Assembly (NCBI GenBank): GCA_965219875.1
Contig: CBDCOW010000003.1
Span: 1,165,892 to 1,229,891 of the forward strand
DNA length: 64,000 nucleotides
Direction of reading: 5' to 3'
DNA from: Dehalococcoidia bacterium
GTDB lineage: Bacteria > Chloroflexota > Dehalococcoidia > SHYB01
The notes beneath the pieces are model-generated. The model was given only the letters and a program-made list of their open reading frames with translations, was not told the DNA's origin and did not search any database. Position numbers and translations under genes: made by a program. Positions within the stretch are counted from its first letter, which is position 1. Every line of letters starts with the position of its first letter. Positions 1 through 9,978 of this stretch are shown in pieces.

Positions 1-1
1 A

Positions 2-1309
2 CTAGCCGCGGTTGCCGTCCGGTATAGCGACAATGAGGTCGTATTGCACGGTGCAGCCGGGCACCAGTAGCGGCCCATCTACCCGAATCACGGTCGTCGG
101 TGGTAGCCGGCTTCCCAGGGCCTCGGCCCACACTTCTTCGGCGAAGGGGAAATCGGCGAGGTTCGTGTGCATCGCCCGGCGGCGGACCAAGTTGCTCATT
201 GACGTGTTTGCCTCTCGGCAGATCCCTTGGATGTTGCGGAGCATATACTCGACCTGTCGCTGAATCCCTGAGGAGTGGAAGGGGAAGCGAGCGTCAACCT
301 GGGCTTCGGGAGGGATGCCTCCCCGGTAGTCAGTGGCCAGTTGAGTGGACAGAAAGAGCAACGGCCCGGCCTTGATTGCTTGGACTTCGGCTCCTAGGGG
401 CTGCGTGACGTCGGGCGCCAGCACGACCTCCTTCTGATAGAGGCCCTGGGGGTCGACCGCGATTAGTTCGATCTCGACGCGCCCCGGTATGACTGCCAGC
501 CCCACGGGAGCGACGAGTCGCGCCGGTGGGTCCTTCGGAAAGAACCGATGCCATACTTCGTCCATTGCGCTGAAGTCGCTCATGTGGTTCAGGTATACCT
601 CCGCTTTCACCACGGAATCGAGCGACGCACCTTGACCTTCCAGGACGGCTTTAAAGTACGTCAGGATAAACTCGGTCTGGAATTTCACCGGATTCCCACG
701 ATATGGGAAATCCGGATGCTCGAATACTTCGTCGATAGCGCCTTCCGCCCGCGTCGGGCTCTTGCCCTGCGTGAATATGAACCCTCCACCCCTGACGGCT
801 TGGACGTAGATCGGGTGCCCGTAAATCTGGTCCTGAGGTGGAAGGGGCGTCTCCTCCGAGGAGTAGTGGATCACCTCCCGATCGAGCCCCGTGTCGCTCG
901 CAAGGGCGATGACATCGTTGGTTACCGTGGTGCCACGGACCGCTGTTTCAGGAACGATGACTAGGGTGCTCGGCGGGGGGCTTTCCTCCCCGAAGTAGTC
1001 CTTCCTGACCCGAAGCGCGCTGTCAATCTCCTCGTACCTTGTCTGGTACGTGTTGATCTTCATGACCCGTCGAATGTCGGACCCGGCGGACTTCAGAGTC
1101 CTCGACATGTGGTCGTAGATGTATCGTAGCTGCCGGTCGATCCCCGAGCCGTGATGCGGATACCCTTTTTTGGCCTTGGTCTCCTGCGGGATACCTTCAA
1201 AGGGGTGGGCCGCAATCCCGCCAGCGTAGAAGACGAAGTCCCCGATGCGCGCGGCCAAGGGCCTCGCGTCCATGGGTACTTCCGTCTGACCAAAATACTG
1301 GGGTTGCAT
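2..1309 (-). CDS. RidA/YjgF (endoribonuclease L-PSP) family protein with three tandem Rid domains
   Basis: Three repeats of the Rid fold pattern (FVFYAGG/FIFTQG/LFLSTQ...Q....L..AG.S...V.K). The middle domain has PPAR and VEIELIA. Confidence 0.8.
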   Translation of the reverse strand: MQPQYFGQTEVPMDARPLAARIGDFVFYAGGIAAHPFEGIPQETKAKKGYPHHGSGIDRQLRYIYDHMSRTLKSAGSDIRRVMKINTYQTRYEEIDSALRVRKDYFGEESPPPSTLVIVPETAVRGTTVTNDVIALASDTGLDREVIHYSSEETPLPPQDQIYGHPIYVQAVRGGGFIFTQGKSPTRAEGAIDEVFEHPDFPYRGNPVKFQTEFILTYFKAVLEGQGASLDSVVKAEVYLNHMSDFSAMDEVWHRFFPKDPPARLVAPVGLAVIPGRVEIELIAVDPQGLYQKEVVLAPDVTQPLGAEVQAIKAGPLLFLSTQLATDYRGGIPPEAQVDARFPFHSSGIQRQVEYMLRNIQGICREANTSMSNLVRRRAMHTNLADFPFAEEVWAEALGSRLPPTTVIRVDGPLLVPGCTVQYDLIVAIPDGNRG

Positions 1310-1414
1310 TGACTCTTCTCACGATTGAGCGGCGCCAACTGATGTTACGACGTAGTATAATCGGCGACGGCAACTCGGGGCGCATCTGAGGTTTTGACTC
1401 AGGAGAGTCGCGGT

Positions 1415-2359
1415 ATGAAGCATCATGATTACTTCGTCGTCGATTGTCATCTGCACGGCATCTTTCGGAGCCCCGCTGAAGGTTGGAAAGCGCGCGCGAC
1501 GGAGATCGGTTTCGACAACCTCGGCGGCACCGTTGACGAGATCATTCGCTACATGGACGAACTCGGCATCGCGCAATGTTGGTGTTTACCGGCATTTCCA
1601 AGCTACGGGCTGAAGCTCCGCGCCGAATCAAGGCTGGCGGCAGACCTGACAGAGAACCAGCGTGTGCAAGCGGCGGAGGAGATCAAGGAGGATGTAAAAG
1701 GGAAGCTGGAGCGGTTCAATGAGGCGAACTGCGCGCAGGCCAATGCTTTCCCAGATCGTCTAGCTCCCCTAGTCAGTCTGGACGCCTGGTTCGGTAGCGA
1801 TTGGATGGTCGGTGAGATCGAGAAAAGGGTGAGTCAGGGGGCACGGGGGGTCAAGCTCCTTCCCGATTGGTGCCGCTTCTTCCCCAACGATCGCGTCATG
1901 TGGCCAGCGTACGAGAAGATCCAGGAATTGGGGATAGTGTTGTTGTGCCACTCTGGCTGGACCGGAGGGACTCTCGCCGATAGAGGCGACACTGAGACCA
2001 AGGGCTACACCTGGCCTCTCAACTATGCGGACATACTTGTCGACTTCCCTGACATCAAGCTCGTACTTGCGCACCTGGGAGAGCGGAACTGGAAGGCGCC
2101 GGGGTGGGGTCTTCCTGAAGCCCACCTGGAGATCGCTAAAAGATTCCCGAACGTCTGGTTCGACATCAGCGGCGCTCAGGAGATCGAGGTGAACGTACCT
2201 TTCTTACGTGAGGTGGGGGTCGAGCGGATACTCTGGGGATCGGACTGGAGTGCGCACCGACACAGCATGGCGCTCGTGTCCATGATTCGCTCCGCCTTCA
2301 CCGAAGACGAGAAGCGTAAGATTCTTGGAGAGAACGCCCGCAAGCTGATCGACCTGTAG
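1415..2359 (+). CDS. Amidohydrolase_2 family metallo-hydrolase/decarboxylase
   Basis: DCHLH metal motif, HSG, LAHLG, ILWGSDW, KILGENA. ATG at 1415 follows AGGAG. Confidence 0.9.
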   Translation: MKHHDYFVVDCHLHGIFRSPAEGWKARATEIGFDNLGGTVDEIIRYMDELGIAQCWCLPAFPSYGLKLRAESRLAADLTENQRVQAAEEIKEDVKGKLERFNEANCAQANAFPDRLAPLVSLDAWFGSDWMVGEIEKRVSQGARGVKLLPDWCRFFPNDRVMWPAYEKIQELGIVLLCHSGWTGGTLADRGDTETKGYTWPLNYADILVDFPDIKLVLAHLGERNWKAPGWGLPEAHLEIAKRFPNVWFDISGAQEIEVNVPFLREVGVERILWGSDWSAHRHSMALVSMIRSAFTEDEKRKILGENARKLIDL

Positions 2360-2391
2360 CCCCAACCGATCGAATCGACGATATATGGGAG

Positions 2392-2859
2392 ATGGCGATG
2401 AGCACCAAGCTGACGGCTACTGAGCTCCACGACGCGGTGGTCAAGTATCTGGCCACGGAGCGGTTCTCTCCCCCCGACGGCCAATTCTACCCGGGCGGCT
2501 TTTCCCCGAGTTGGAGGACGTACGCCAATTCCCCCGTCCACCAGATGCCAGTCCCCCATCGGATCCTCGGCGACATCCATCCAGACGTCGTGGTTGTGGA
2601 CAGCGAACGTGGGAATCTTCCGATGGTTATGATCGAGGTCGAAACTGAAGACAGTCTCAATCCCGAGACCGTGTGTGACAAGTGGCTCTACGACATCGAG
2701 TGCAGCAACATGCTCTACCTCTATGTCCCAGAAGGTACCGCGCTGAAGGCGGCGGAGCTGTGTCTGGAGTCCAACAAGATGCACATGATCCTCGTTCCCA
2801 AAGGGATTCGGACTTACGGCCGAAACGACGATGGGACGATCCGGATCACGGCTGCGTAG
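2392..2859 (+). CDS. Hypothetical protein with PD-(D/E)xK-like motif pattern
   Basis: HD helix, HPDVVVVD, MIEVET. RBS GGGAGA, co-oriented within the operon. Confidence 0.7.
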   Translation: MAMSTKLTATELHDAVVKYLATERFSPPDGQFYPGGFSPSWRTYANSPVHQMPVPHRILGDIHPDVVVVDSERGNLPMVMIEVETEDSLNPETVCDKWLYDIECSNMLYLYVPEGTALKAAELCLESNKMHMILVPKGIRTYGRNDDGTIRITAA

Positions 2860-2871
2860 CCTGCGACACTG

Positions 2872-3651
2872 ATGGGCCCCTCGGAGACCTTCGTCAAGCT
2901 GAGTTCCGGTTGGCTGTTCTACAAGCAGCGAGGCAACGGCTCTCCCCTGTGCCTCGTACCCGCCGCCGGCAGCTCGTCTTGGGTATGGACGAAGGTGCTC
3001 GACCGGCTGGCGGAACGCTTTACGGTCTACGCAGTGGATCTGCCCGGATACGACAGGTCGGAAACCCCAGAGCGGGTCTACGGCGTTGAGGACTATGCCG
3101 ACACGGTGAGGGAGTTTCTGGATCACCTTGCCATTCAGCGATCTTTGTTCGTGGGGAGCCAGACCGGTGCGATGGTGTCGCTTCATCTCGCTGCCCATGC
3201 TCCGAACCTCGTTGCGAAGTTGGTCCTGGTGTCCTGTCCTGGTTGGACGGCGACGGAAGGAAGGAAGGTGTACGACCGCTCGATACTCCCGTCATGTGAT
3301 GCCGGGGGCGTCCCGCTACAGCGGAGCGCCGAAGAGATACGAGAGAGTGTGGTCGGGGCCGATCCTGACTTGATAGCGTTCATGAACAGCATGCTTGCGA
3401 GGAGCGGCTCGTGGAATACGTTCGTCCACGAGCGGGTCACGAGCTATGATGTCCCAGAGCAGCTCCCCAGGATCCATTGCCCCACGCTCCTCGTCTATGG
3501 AGAGCACGATGTACAGCTTCGCCGGCAGGACCGCATGAGGCAGGGAATCGATGGGTCTCGGACGGCGATCGTCCCTGGGGCCTCTTCAATCAGCTTCTAC
3601 GAACAGCCAGACGCATTCCTGAACCAGGTCATGCCGTTCCTGGAAGCATAA
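2872..3651 (+). CDS. Alpha/beta hydrolase-fold protein with non-canonical active site
   Basis: VDLPGYD, PTLLVYGEHD, YEQPDAF. The nucleophile elbow reads GSQTG. Confidence 0.85.
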   Translation: MGPSETFVKLSSGWLFYKQRGNGSPLCLVPAAGSSSWVWTKVLDRLAERFTVYAVDLPGYDRSETPERVYGVEDYADTVREFLDHLAIQRSLFVGSQTGAMVSLHLAAHAPNLVAKLVLVSCPGWTATEGRKVYDRSILPSCDAGGVPLQRSAEEIRESVVGADPDLIAFMNSMLARSGSWNTFVHERVTSYDVPEQLPRIHCPTLLVYGEHDVQLRRQDRMRQGIDGSRTAIVPGASSISFYEQPDAFLNQVMPFLEA

Positions 3652-3664
3652 GGCGGGGTTAGAG

Positions 3665-4861
3665 ATGTCCGCGTCACCCATCAGTGACGAAGGGATTGCA
3701 CTCCTAAGGGAAGCCATCGGCTTCAAGGTCAAGATCAGGCCTACCCAGGAGGTGGCGTCCCAGGATGCCATCATCCGGGTTGCGTACGGCAACGGCGATG
3801 ATAACCCCTTGTGGACCGATCCTTCCTACGCAGCGAAGACGAAGTACGACGGCCTTGTCGCACCGCCGTACTACCTCGTCAGCTGCATGTCAGGGCCCTA
3901 CTGGCCCGAGCTGGGGGAATACGCTTTACCGGCCGATGCCCCCCGAAGCGGCGTCCGCGTTGGTACAGGGCTTGGCAGGACCCCGAACTGGTACGTCGGC
4001 GACGAATGGGAATGGTTTCAGCCGGTGAGGACAGGGGACCGTATAGAGACCACCGGTGGTCTCTACAGCGTCGAGGAGTTGGCGACGGACCCGGCCAGAC
4101 AAGACGTTGGCAGGACTATTGAGGTTGTCTGGGAGGTGCTCTTCAAGAACCAGGACGACGTCCTCGTGGGGAGGATGCTCTATAAGCAGTGGAAGCGATT
4201 CCAGCTCCAGAGCAAAAAAAAGCGCCGAGGGTATTTCTCGCAGCCAGACCCCCACTACACCGACGCTGATCTTGAAGCGATCCACAAGGCGTATGAGAAC
4301 GAAGAAATCCGTGGTGAAGTGCCTCGGTATTGGGACGATGTGGAGATCGGAGAACAGATAGGCCCCGTCGTCAAAGGCCCCATGCTCGTAGAGGACATGG
4401 TCGTGTGGCTTATGGGAAATGGCTCGCCGGTATTGATGGCTCATAAGCTGCGACACCAGTGGTCGACGAGGCATGCGACGGTGAAACGAAAGAACAAGTA
4501 TGGAGCCGTCGAGGGACTGTCGGCGGCGCACTGGGACTTCGAAGCCTCGGAAACCTGGGGCCTTCCACGCCCTTCGGACTTCGGACCACAGCGAGTCGGC
4601 TTCCTCTGCCATCCCGTGACGAACTGGATGGGCGACGACGGATTCATGAAGAGCCTTCGGAGTGAGGTCAGGGGACCGTGCATGGTAGGTGACACCACAT
4701 GGTGCCTTGGCACGGTGACGGCCAAGAGGCAAGAAGCCCAAGAGCATGTCGTCGACATCGAGCTTCGGTGTGAAAACCAGCGTGGCGAGGTCCATACCAA
4801 GGGATGGGCGACAGTTGCTCTTCCGAGCCGCCCTGTCTCTCCAAAGTCCGATCGCGGTTAG
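3665..4861 (+). CDS. Double hot-dog (FAS1-like N-terminal + MaoC) acyl-CoA dehydratase
   Basis: GDDNPLWTD...APP, WEWFQPVRTGD, AAHWD, WMGDDG, VGDT. Paralog of 9979-11211. Confidence 0.85.
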   Translation: MSASPISDEGIALLREAIGFKVKIRPTQEVASQDAIIRVAYGNGDDNPLWTDPSYAAKTKYDGLVAPPYYLVSCMSGPYWPELGEYALPADAPRSGVRVGTGLGRTPNWYVGDEWEWFQPVRTGDRIETTGGLYSVEELATDPARQDVGRTIEVVWEVLFKNQDDVLVGRMLYKQWKRFQLQSKKKRRGYFSQPDPHYTDADLEAIHKAYENEEIRGEVPRYWDDVEIGEQIGPVVKGPMLVEDMVVWLMGNGSPVLMAHKLRHQWSTRHATVKRKNKYGAVEGLSAAHWDFEASETWGLPRPSDFGPQRVGFLCHPVTNWMGDDGFMKSLRSEVRGPCMVGDTTWCLGTVTAKRQEAQEHVVDIELRCENQRGEVHTKGWATVALPSRPVSPKSDRG

Positions 4862-4878
4862 CCGAACCGGAGGCTATA

Positions 4879-6093
4879 TTGAACGGCGCGCTGACGGGAT
4901 TGAAGGTGGTCGACTGGAGTGCCTGGCTCCAGGGGCCGGTGGCATCCATGATGCTGGGTGACCTCGGAGCCGACATCGTAAAGGTGGAAGACCCCAGAGG
5001 GGGTGATCCGTCGCGGGGATTGGTGACGGTTGGAGGGGTCAGCACCGGCAAGCTGAGCCGCAATTTCTTCTTCGCCGCCTGCAACCGGAACAAACGCTCC
5101 CTCGCGGTCGATCTCAAAGAATCGCTGGGCATCCAGATCGTTCACGAGCTGGTGAAGCAGTCCGACGTATTCCTACACAACTTCAGCGACGATGCCGCCG
5201 AAAGGCTTGGCCTCGGCTACGAGACCCTGTCGAAGTTGAATCCCGGCATCATCTATGCGGTGGGGTCAGGCTACGGCCCTTTGGGATCGGATTCGGGCAA
5301 ACCCTCCCTCGATCCCACCATCCATGCCCGGTCGGGCGTCATGGACTTCTTCGCACCCGAGGGTCAGCCGCCGCACTATATTCCCGGCGGCATGGCGGAC
5401 CAGATGGCAGGAGTCATACTAGCCTACGGGGTTCTCGCTGCGTTGGCGGCCCGTCATCGCGAGGGAGTGGGTCAACGTGTGGACGGCTCGCTGCTCGGCA
5501 GCATGCTCTGGCTTCAATCGGTACCCGTCAATTTCCGGTTGTTTCTCGAGCGCGAACATCCGAAGTTCACTCGAGAAGGAACGGCCAATCCGCTATACAA
5601 CTACTATCGCTGCCGAGACGGATCCTGGATCTTCATCGCCCTTGTCCAGTCCGATCGGTTCTGGGCACCTCTCTGCCAGGCCTTGTCTCTAAACGATTTG
5701 GTCTCCGACCCTCGGTTCCTCGATAGCGTTCAGCGGCGACGGAACAAGCGCGTCCTCATCCAGCTTCTGTCCGAGACCTTCCAACTGAAGGACTATAGTG
5801 AGTGGGCATCGGTCTTCGATCGCATTCCCGGGTTTGTTTACGAGAAGGTTCAGAGTATGGACGACGTTGTACATGATGCTCAGGCGGTGCAAAACCAATA
5901 CATTGTCGAGATGACCGATCCGGAATGGGGCGAGGTGCGAACTGTGGGATGCCCCGTGGGATTCACCAATACGCCGCCGGACATAACTAGACCGGCGCCG
6001 GAGCTCGGCCAGCACACGGCTGAGATCCTGATGGATCTCGGCTACTCCTCCGATGACCTGGCACAACTCTATATCGACCAGGTGATAGCGTGA
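4879..6093 (+). CDS. Class III CoA-transferase (CaiB/BaiF family)
   Basis: LKVVDW...GPVASMMLGDLGADIVKVE, NRNKRS, catalytic Asp in GMADQ, PAPELGQHT. TTG start after GGAGG. Confidence 0.92.
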   Translation: MNGALTGLKVVDWSAWLQGPVASMMLGDLGADIVKVEDPRGGDPSRGLVTVGGVSTGKLSRNFFFAACNRNKRSLAVDLKESLGIQIVHELVKQSDVFLHNFSDDAAERLGLGYETLSKLNPGIIYAVGSGYGPLGSDSGKPSLDPTIHARSGVMDFFAPEGQPPHYIPGGMADQMAGVILAYGVLAALAARHREGVGQRVDGSLLGSMLWLQSVPVNFRLFLEREHPKFTREGTANPLYNYYRCRDGSWIFIALVQSDRFWAPLCQALSLNDLVSDPRFLDSVQRRRNKRVLIQLLSETFQLKDYSEWASVFDRIPGFVYEKVQSMDDVVHDAQAVQNQYIVEMTDPEWGEVRTVGCPVGFTNTPPDITRPAPELGQHTAEILMDLGYSSDDLAQLYIDQVIA

Positions 6094-6160
6094 CCCATGC
6101 GGATCGGACGGTGTATGAGCGGCGGTATCGCTTGGTCGATCAGCCGCAGGAGGGCCTTGC

Positions 6161-7417
6161 ATGGTAGGCGCGGTTCTAGACGGAGTCCGGGTGGTCGAGT
6201 GGTCCACCTACCAAGCCGGCCCAGCGGCGGGCGCGATGCTGGCGGATCTGGGAGCAGAGGTGCTCAAGATAGAGGAGCCAGCACGAGGGGATGGACTTCG
6301 TTCCTTTCGCACGAGCGCGGGCGGTATTCCCGTACACCTGGCCAATGGGTGCAACGTCCTCTTCGAGGAAAACAACCGGAACAAGAAGAGCTTTGCCTGC
6401 GATCTGAAGCATCCCGAGGGCCTCCAGGCGGTGTACCAGCTCATCGAGCACTCAGACGTGTTCTTGACGAATTTCCGGCCCCATGTCGTGCAGCGCATCG
6501 GCCTGGACTACGATACTCTGCGGGTCTCGAACCCGCGCCTGGTGTTCGCGTCGGCTGCCGGCCTCGGTCACCGCGGACCCGATGCCGGCATAGGCACGAT
6601 AGATTACGTGGCGCAGGCCCGCAGCGGCGTGATGGTCTCTGCCGAATCACTGTCGGGCACCATGGAACCGGTGATCCTGCCCCCGGGGATCGGCGACCGG
6701 ATCACGGCGACCTATCTGGCCTACGGAGTCGTGTGCGCCCTGTTGGCCCGCGAGCGATTCGGGGCTGGGCAAGAAGTCAGAACGAATCAACTCTCGAGCT
6801 ACGTGTCGGCCGCAGCCTTTAGCGTGATGCTCGCGATCTCTCAGCACCGCGCCTTTGGCCGTGACCGTAAGACCGCTCCGAATCCTCTAGTCAACTTCTA
6901 CCGGTGTCGGGATGACACCTGGATCATGCTCGGGTGCCAGGAGGATTTCTATTGGGACCGGTTTTGTCTTGCCATCGAGGCAACGTTCCTCCTGACGGAT
7001 CCCCGGTTTGCTAGCGCCGAGGCAAGAGCGAGAAACAGCCCGGATCTCGTCAAGATACTGGATGACATCTTCGAGACGCGACCCTTTGACGAGTGGGCCG
7101 GCGTCCTCAGGAGTTGGGACTGCCGTTACAGTAGGGTGAACTCGTTCATGGAACTCCCACAAGACGAGCAGGCCGTCGCCAACGGCGCCATCGTCGACTG
7201 GGACAACCCCAAATGGGGTCCCATGAAGTTCGTGGGCTTTCCGGTCGAGTTCGACGACACACCGCTCCAGTTGAAGACTCCAGCGCCGGAGCTGGGAGAG
7301 CACACGGAAGAGATCCTCCGGCAGGTCTGTGGATATGCCCCGGGCGACGTCGAGAGGTTGAAGCGGTCCGGAATCATTCGCTGCGCGGAACCCGTTCCTG
7401 GATCACAGGCCGAGTGA
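6161..7417 (+). CDS. Class III CoA-transferase (CaiB/BaiF family)
   Basis: GPAAGAMLADLGAEV, NRNKKS, GIGDR, APELGEHT. Confidence 0.92.
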   Translation: MVGAVLDGVRVVEWSTYQAGPAAGAMLADLGAEVLKIEEPARGDGLRSFRTSAGGIPVHLANGCNVLFEENNRNKKSFACDLKHPEGLQAVYQLIEHSDVFLTNFRPHVVQRIGLDYDTLRVSNPRLVFASAAGLGHRGPDAGIGTIDYVAQARSGVMVSAESLSGTMEPVILPPGIGDRITATYLAYGVVCALLARERFGAGQEVRTNQLSSYVSAAAFSVMLAISQHRAFGRDRKTAPNPLVNFYRCRDDTWIMLGCQEDFYWDRFCLAIEATFLLTDPRFASAEARARNSPDLVKILDDIFETRPFDEWAGVLRSWDCRYSRVNSFMELPQDEQAVANGAIVDWDNPKWGPMKFVGFPVEFDDTPLQLKTPAPELGEHTEEILRQVCGYAPGDVERLKRSGIIRCAEPVPGSQAE

Positions 7418-7427
7418 GGAGATTGCC

Positions 7428-8189
7428 ATGGCTGTCCTCCGTTACGAGAAGTCGGACCACATAGCCCACATCACCTTTACTCGGCCCGGCGCCCTCAACG
7501 CTTTCAATGACGAGTTGAACGATGAGCTGGGTCGAGCGCTCGTCGATTTCAGGGATGATCCGGAATCGTTCGTCGCGATCGTGGCAGGCGAGGGGCGAGC
7601 ATTCTCGGTGGGTGCCGACGTCAAAGAGATGAGTTCTAGGGACCAAGCGGCTGGCGAGCACACGACACTCAATTCACCGCTAGCGGTCGGTCTCTGGAAA
7701 CCCCTCATTGCCGCAATCGATGGGTATGCTCTGGGGGGCGGCCTGAAGTTCGCGATGGAGTGCGACCTTCGAGTCGCCACCGAGCGCTCTCGGCTGGGTA
7801 TCGTTGAGACTCGCACCGGCAACCTGGGCTCCCACTATTTCTTGACCTTGGCCCGGCTCATGCCCGCTAGCGATGTCCTTCATCTCCTTGTCACTGGCTC
7901 CCACATAGGCGCCGAGCAAGCCCACCGGGCCCATCTAGTGCATCAGGTCGTGCCTGATCGCCAGGCGTTGATGAAGAGGTCCTTGGAGCTCGCGGAGGAG
8001 ATCAAGCTGTGCGCCCCGCTTGCGATCCAAGCCGCGAAGCAAGTGTTGCACGCGAGCTTTGAACAGCCCCCGGCGGAAGCGATCCGATTGTTCGAGGAGC
8101 TGCGCAGGGCGTTGACGGAGACCGAGGACGCCAAGGAGGGAATCCGGGCCCTGGCCGAAAAGCGGAAGCCGGTCTGGCGCATACGATGA
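7428..8189 (+). CDS. Enoyl-CoA hydratase/isomerase (crotonase) family
   Basis: ITFTRPGALNAF, AFSVGADV, AAIDGYALGGG, AEKRKPVW. Confidence 0.9.
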   Translation: MAVLRYEKSDHIAHITFTRPGALNAFNDELNDELGRALVDFRDDPESFVAIVAGEGRAFSVGADVKEMSSRDQAAGEHTTLNSPLAVGLWKPLIAAIDGYALGGGLKFAMECDLRVATERSRLGIVETRTGNLGSHYFLTLARLMPASDVLHLLVTGSHIGAEQAHRAHLVHQVVPDRQALMKRSLELAEEIKLCAPLAIQAAKQVLHASFEQPPAEAIRLFEELRRALTETEDAKEGIRALAEKRKPVWRIR

Positions 8190-8202
8190 ACAGGAAGGCC
8201 CC

Positions 8203-8751
8203 ATGATCCGATCGCTTGGTGGCAAGTCGCCGAAGATTCATCCAACGGCGTTCATCAGCGAAGCCGCATATCTAGTCGGCGATATTGAGGTCGGTGCCTA
8301 TGCGAACATTTGGCCCGGAGTGGTGGTCAGGTGCGAAGGCGGCCGGGCCGTCATCGGCAAGAACGTGTGCGTTCAGGACAACACGGTCATCCACGCTGTG
8401 GGAGACATCTTCATCGGAGACAATGTTGCCTTCGGGCACGGCGTGATTTGCCATGCCGAGCGGATAGAAGGCAATGTCTTAATCAGCAATGGGGCTATTA
8501 TCAACGGATGGGTGCACATTGGGGAGTTCACTCTGATTGCGGCTGGCGCCGTCGTCCCGGAACGAGCTCGAATCCCGGCCTATTCCATCCTGATGGGAGT
8601 GCCCGCTCAGGTAAAGGGCCAAGTCGTCGACCGGCACTTGGAGATGATGCGGGGAGTGTGGGAGCCCTATGTCAAGCTGGGACAGCGCTACAAAGCTGAG
8701 GGTCATCTCGAAGGCCAAGCCGCAACTGACCCCGACGTCTCCGCAGACTAG
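8203..8751 (+). CDS. Gamma-carbonic-anhydrase-like hexapeptide protein (CaiE/PaaY/YrdA family)
   Basis: PKIHPTAFI, QDNTVIH, GHGVICH (three His ligands), GVPAQV. Confidence 0.9.
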   Translation: MIRSLGGKSPKIHPTAFISEAAYLVGDIEVGAYANIWPGVVVRCEGGRAVIGKNVCVQDNTVIHAVGDIFIGDNVAFGHGVICHAERIEGNVLISNGAIINGWVHIGEFTLIAAGAVVPERARIPAYSILMGVPAQVKGQVVDRHLEMMRGVWEPYVKLGQRYKAEGHLEGQAATDPDVSAD

Positions 8752-9977
8752 ATGACTTTCCGGTCCCGGAGGGCCCCGATCTCCGTGCTGCTGTAACCGC
8801 AGATCTCCGATAGGACTTGGTCAGTATGCTGACCGTGCTCCGCTGAATCCGCCCGCGTCGAGCTTGGCGTAGCCCCGAGTTTCACGGGAAGTCCGAGGAT
8901 CTGGGCGCGCCCCTTTTGTGCATCCCCGATATCCACAATGTATTCATTCTCAAGCACCTGTGGGTCTGTGGCGAGCTCGGCCATCGAACGAACCCTCTCG
9001 AACACGAGGTCCGGTTGGCCGGCCAAGATCATCGACCAATCGCTGCTGTCCTTCGTGGCGAAGATGCTATCGAGTATGCCGACGAGCGTCTCCCGGTTCG
9101 CCTCCCGCGCCTCGGCGGTGACGAAGCGTTCCTCCGTCGCCAGATCGGGTCTACCGAGCGCTTCACAGAATCCAAACCAGTGGCGATCCGACTGGAGGTT
9201 GGCGAAGAAGATCCACTCTCCGTCCCGGCATCGGTAAGAGTTGTATAGCGGGTTGCCAGCCTGGCTTCTTGACGATTGCGGATACTCACGCTCAAACCAT
9301 AGTTGGTAAGACACCGGAACTGCATGCAACCACAACATGCTTCCCAAAAGCGACGAGTCCACTCGTTGGCCAATACCCCATCGCTCGCGAGCCATCAGGG
9401 CGGCCATCACCCCGCACGTGAGCCAAACCGCTGCGACCTGATCCCCCATACCACCAGGAATGTAATGGGGTGGCATCCCCGGAGGCGTCGAGAACTTGAG
9501 CACACCGGTCCGGGCTTGCACCGTGGGGTCTAGAGCCGGCCTTTTGCTTTCAGGTCCGTTCAACCCGTACCCCGTGCCCTCCGCATAGACCAGGCGGGGA
9601 TTGACTGCCGACATGGTCCCGTAGTCGATGCCGAGTTTCTCAGCCGCTCCGACCCGCAAGTTGTGGACAAGAACGTCGGATTTCTTGACCAGACGTAGCA
9701 TGACTTCCTTGGCTTCCGGGTGTTTGAGGTTCAGCGTGAGGGACTTCTTGTTCCGATTGTTCACCATGTAGAAGAAGTCACTGCCAGATGTCCAGTCACC
9801 GATCCCCCCAATGGAAACGAGCCCGCGGCTGGGGTCGCCGACGCCAGGCTCCTCAATCTTGATTACTTCGGCCCCCAAGTCCGCCAAGATCATGGTGGCA
9901 ACTGGTCCCTGTACCCAAGCGGTGCAGTCCAGTACTCGAATCCCGTCAAGGGGCGGAGGTCGGTGGGCGGTGTTCAT
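8748..9977 (-). CDS. Class III CoA-transferase (CaiB/BaiF family)
   Basis: GPVATMILADLGAEV, NRNKKS, GMGDQ. Close paralog of 4879-6093 (shared PHYIPGGM.DQ). Confidence 0.92.
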   Translation of the reverse strand: MNTAHRPPPLDGIRVLDCTAWVQGPVATMILADLGAEVIKIEEPGVGDPSRGLVSIGGIGDWTSGSDFFYMVNNRNKKSLTLNLKHPEAKEVMLRLVKKSDVLVHNLRVGAAEKLGIDYGTMSAVNPRLVYAEGTGYGLNGPESKRPALDPTVQARTGVLKFSTPPGMPPHYIPGGMGDQVAAVWLTCGVMAALMARERWGIGQRVDSSLLGSMLWLHAVPVSYQLWFEREYPQSSRSQAGNPLYNSYRCRDGEWIFFANLQSDRHWFGFCEALGRPDLATEERFVTAEAREANRETLVGILDSIFATKDSSDWSMILAGQPDLVFERVRSMAELATDPQVLENEYIVDIGDAQKGRAQILGLPVKLGATPSSTRADSAEHGQHTDQVLSEICGYSSTEIGALRDRKVI

Positions 9978-9978
9978 C

